From: a virus
Taxonomy: Duplodnaviria; Heunggongvirae; Uroviricota; Caudoviricetes
Length of the DNA: 64,000 nt
Direction: 5' to 3' (one strand)
IMG/VR virus record: IMGVR_UViG_3300049003_000001
Location: 13,660 to 77,659 of that record
Shown here: positions 62,114 through 64,000 of the stretch, piece by piece
Layout: each line of letters begins with the position of its first letter
Numbering within the stretch: the stretch's first letter is position 1
The notes under the pieces: generated by a model
Databases searched by the model: none
What the model was told of the DNA's origin: nothing
The model's input: the letters and a program-made list of their open reading frames with translations, nothing else
Translations under genes and position numbers: made by a program

Positions 62114-62141
62114 TCGGCTGGGAAAAGACCCGGCCGTTTTT
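62114..62141 (+). terminator. rho-independent terminator after the Thr tRNA pair
   Basis: CGGCTGGG-aaaaga-CCCGGCCG followed by TTTTTG. Confidence 0.7.
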
Positions 62142-62158
62142 GTATCTAAGGAACAATA

Positions 62159-62362
62159 ATGCTAAAGCTGAACTACGATGCTGTCCACCGTTTCGTTGAC
62201 GGATTCCCCAACGCTTCCTGGGACGGCTACACGCTAGAGCTTTTCAAGCCGACTCCGCGTGGTTTCACGAACAAGAATGGCGCATTCCGCAACGGTCAGT
62301 GGGGCCTGCTTGACCGCATCGCGCCGGACGACAAGGGAATCTGGACCTTCCGGGTTCGATGA
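62159..62362 (+). CDS. hypothetical protein
   Basis: 67-aa ORF. Confidence 0.3.
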   Translation: MLKLNYDAVHRFVDGFPNASWDGYTLELFKPTPRGFTNKNGAFRNGQWGLLDRIAPDDKGIWTFRVR

Positions 62363-62664
62363 ATCTTCTAGACCAGCTTGGCCTTGACCCGGAGCACTTG
62401 GAGTGGCAGCAGCTAGCCTTGTGCTCTGGCACAGAAATTAACTGGTTTTACGACAACTACGAGTCGGATCAGGAATTCGCCAAGGCCATCGATTCGACCT
62501 GTCTCACCTGTCCGGTAATCAAGGAATGCGGATTGCAGGGCCTAGAGGGTGAGTTCGGTGTTTGGGGCGGGATCTATTGGGCTGGCAACAAGAAGCCCGA
62601 TAAGGCCAAGAACGCTCATAAGACGCCGGAGGTCTGGAAGGAAATTTACCAAAAGTACCTATGA
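62359..62664 (+). CDS. whiB: WhiB-family (Wbl) transcription factor
   Basis: Four Cys (C22, C48, C51, C57 as C-x25-C-x2-C-x5-C) and a GVWGG turn motif. 101 aa. Confidence 0.7.
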   Translation: MNLLDQLGLDPEHLEWQQLALCSGTEINWFYDNYESDQEFAKAIDSTCLTCPVIKECGLQGLEGEFGVWGGIYWAGNKKPDKAKNAHKTPEVWKEIYQKYL

Positions 62665-62921
62665 TTGCTTATGAAGAGGTAGCCGCACTTTTCCACCATA
62701 AGCCGATCCCGCACGGGGCATTGGTTCATTTGGTGGAGTACCCCGGAGGCGACCAGCCACCGGAGTATTACGGAGTCCGTTTTTATCGGAGCAATTTCGA
62801 TAAGCTGACACCGATCAACCGATGGGCGGTCATGGATTGGGGCAACGCGACCCTAGCCCTGATGAACACGCTCATCCCCACGTATATCGAAATTTGGCGA
62901 GCACCAGGAGTTCCAGAGTAA
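62661..62921 (+). CDS. hypothetical protein
   Basis: 86-aa ORF. Confidence 0.3.
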   Translation: MIAYEEVAALFHHKPIPHGALVHLVEYPGGDQPPEYYGVRFYRSNFDKLTPINRWAVMDWGNATLALMNTLIPTYIEIWRAPGVPE

Positions 62922-63067
62922 AATGCAGGTATGGATTCCCACCGAACTGCGGGTAGGGGTTGTGGAAAGCCAAATGGCCTATGGGGCTATCGTTCGATAC
63001 AAAAAGGGTGGAATCGTATACCACGAGCTATTGACAGACGAAGACTACGAGCCGCTATACGCGCTCG

Positions 63068-63352
63068 ATGAAATTTTGGAGGAAATGTACTGTGACTGAT
63101 AACAACGAGAGGGTGGTATGCTCGGTTTGTAGTGGTCAGCGTGAACAGCTAACTCCAAAGAAGTCCAAGCTGCTAAAGTCGATGACCCTATTCCTGTGCA
63201 ACGACTGCCTAAAGGGCAACAAGGAGCCGCGATTCCTGATTATCCTAGTCGGTCGGACCAAGGGAACTCAGGCGGTTCTGGATTACGTGAAGAACCACCG
63301 ATACCACGGCGAGCCGATCCTGGCCTCGGAATTGCTCTCCAAGAATAATTGA
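63068..63352 (+). CDS. zinc-ribbon protein
   Basis: CSVCSG...CNDC. The start is possibly GTG 63091. Confidence 0.3.
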   Translation: MKFWRKCTVTDNNERVVCSVCSGQREQLTPKKSKLLKSMTLFLCNDCLKGNKEPRFLIILVGRTKGTQAVLDYVKNHRYHGEPILASELLSKNN

Positions 63353-63403
63353 CAGCAATTTACTAAGTTCGCGTTTAAAACGGGTTTAGCTTATACTATC
63401 TGT

Positions 63404-63811
63404 ATGAAAAACAGGTGGGTAAGCGTCTCCCGACGCCTTGCAGCAATTCCAGCGCCAGCGACATTGTTCGTCCTGGCGCTGGTTTTGTTTGTTTGGGGTG
63501 CGCTTGTTCTCACCCCTTGGTTCAGCGCCCCGGCCGTGACGGCAGCCTTCGCAGGTAATCACATCTACGAGGGTGTCATCGGCGGGATTTACATGCTTAT
63601 CGGCGGTACGAGGTTGCTCGGGGTCATCTTCAAAAACAAGGGGATGATGCTCGTAGCACCGTACGGCCTCATGATGGGCTATTTGTTCCTCGCGCTCGTG
63701 CGAATTGAAGTGGTAGGCTTCTTCCCGCTTACTTGGGTTCCCATCGCCGCATGCGCTATTATTTCAGGGATTTGCCGATTGGCAATCCTTTACGGTGGTC
63801 AGGTAGAATGA
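63404..63811 (+). CDS. multi-pass membrane protein
   Basis: Four hydrophobic helices. 135 aa. Confidence 0.35.
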   Translation: MKNRWVSVSRRLAAIPAPATLFVLALVLFVWGALVLTPWFSAPAVTAAFAGNHIYEGVIGGIYMLIGGTRLLGVIFKNKGMMLVAPYGLMMGYLFLALVRIEVVGFFPLTWVPIAACAIISGICRLAILYGGQVE

Positions 63812-64000
63812 GCGAAGCCTACCTAGCACTAGCGGGAACCTTGTTCGGCGGGGCCGGGTTCAAGATTATCGAGCACTTTCTAGGTCGTTCGAAGAATAAG
63901 AACGACACAGCGACAGCCCTCAGGGACGAGCTACGCAAGGAGTTGACGGAACTCCGCAAGGAAGCCGACGAATTGCGTGACGAGCTTGACCTGTGGCGCG
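63808..64000 (+). CDS. hypothetical protein (5' partial in window; N-terminal TM then charged coiled-coil)
   Basis: The ORF runs off the window end. ATGA overlap start. Confidence 0.3.
   Translation, partial: MSEAYLALAGTLFGGAGFKIIEHFLGRSKNKNDTATALRDELRKELTELRKEADELRDELDLWR

Noticed and set aside
41200-62150. CRISPR array, suggested by many short direct repeats in the 41-62 kb region
   Set aside because: The recurring 11-17-mers (GGTTCGAATCC and similar) are tRNA T-arms. The spacing is irregular and each unit folds as a tRNA. There is no repeat-spacer periodicity.
1-64000. Integrase / attP, or endolysin / holin lysis cassette
   Set aside because: No tyrosine or serine recombinase motifs were recognised. 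No glycoside hydrolase, amidase or LysB-type esterase was found. The candidate small membrane proteins at 51001-51278, 61211-61389 and 63404-63811 have no adjacent lysin, so a lysis role is not supportable from this window.

Overview
This window reads as one segment of a large, high-GC (roughly 57-58% by eye) dsDNA phage genome. Coding is almost entirely on the plus strand. A WhiB-family gene and a mycobacteriophage-like tail gene order point to an actinobacterial host. Region 1-16.3 kb is the virion tail module. It holds head-tail joining proteins, a major tail subunit with a strong terminator, tail assembly chaperones G/GT with a canonical -1 slippery site, a 1912-aa tape measure protein carrying an NlpC/P60 domain, and several minor tail proteins including an FN3-containing fibre-like protein. 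Region 16.3-35.5 kb is a DNA replication, recombination and nucleotide metabolism block. It holds HNH nucleases, a metallophosphoesterase, a DnaB-like helicase, a primase, Pol III alpha, MazG, a RecA-like recombinase, a Cas4-like nuclease, a RuvC resolvase, two glycosyltransferases and a dNMP kinase. The only minus-strand gene in the window is an AAA/RepA-like ATPase. It sits in a ~1.3 kb GC-richer cassette bracketed by an 11-bp direct repeat and an 18-bp perfect hairpin. Region 35.5-40.7 kb encodes terminase small and large subunits, which lie far from the head/tail genes, followed by an HNH nuclease, an RNA ligase and a polynucleotide kinase-phosphatase that together form a tRNA repair pair. 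Region 41.2-62.1 kb holds about 31 tRNA genes in seven islands plus a tmRNA. Most islands have their own TTGACA-N16-18-T(A/G)(A/C)A(A/C)T promoter and an intrinsic terminator. Several of these tRNAs are unusual: a CUA-anticodon (amber-suppressor-like) tRNA, two class-I tRNAs with Leu anticodons (CAA, UAG), and two Lys tRNAs with a palindromic T-arm. Between the tRNA islands lie accessory genes: a nicotinamidase/isochorismatase, an SPFH/band-7 protein, a thioredoxin, a Kcv-like K+ channel protein with a TSLSIGYGD filter, a lipoprotein, a ParB-like nuclease, a GNAT, a PKD-domain protein, a C5-cytosine methyltransferase, HNH nucleases and a WhiB-like regulator. I did not recognise any CRISPR array, integrase or endolysin in the window.
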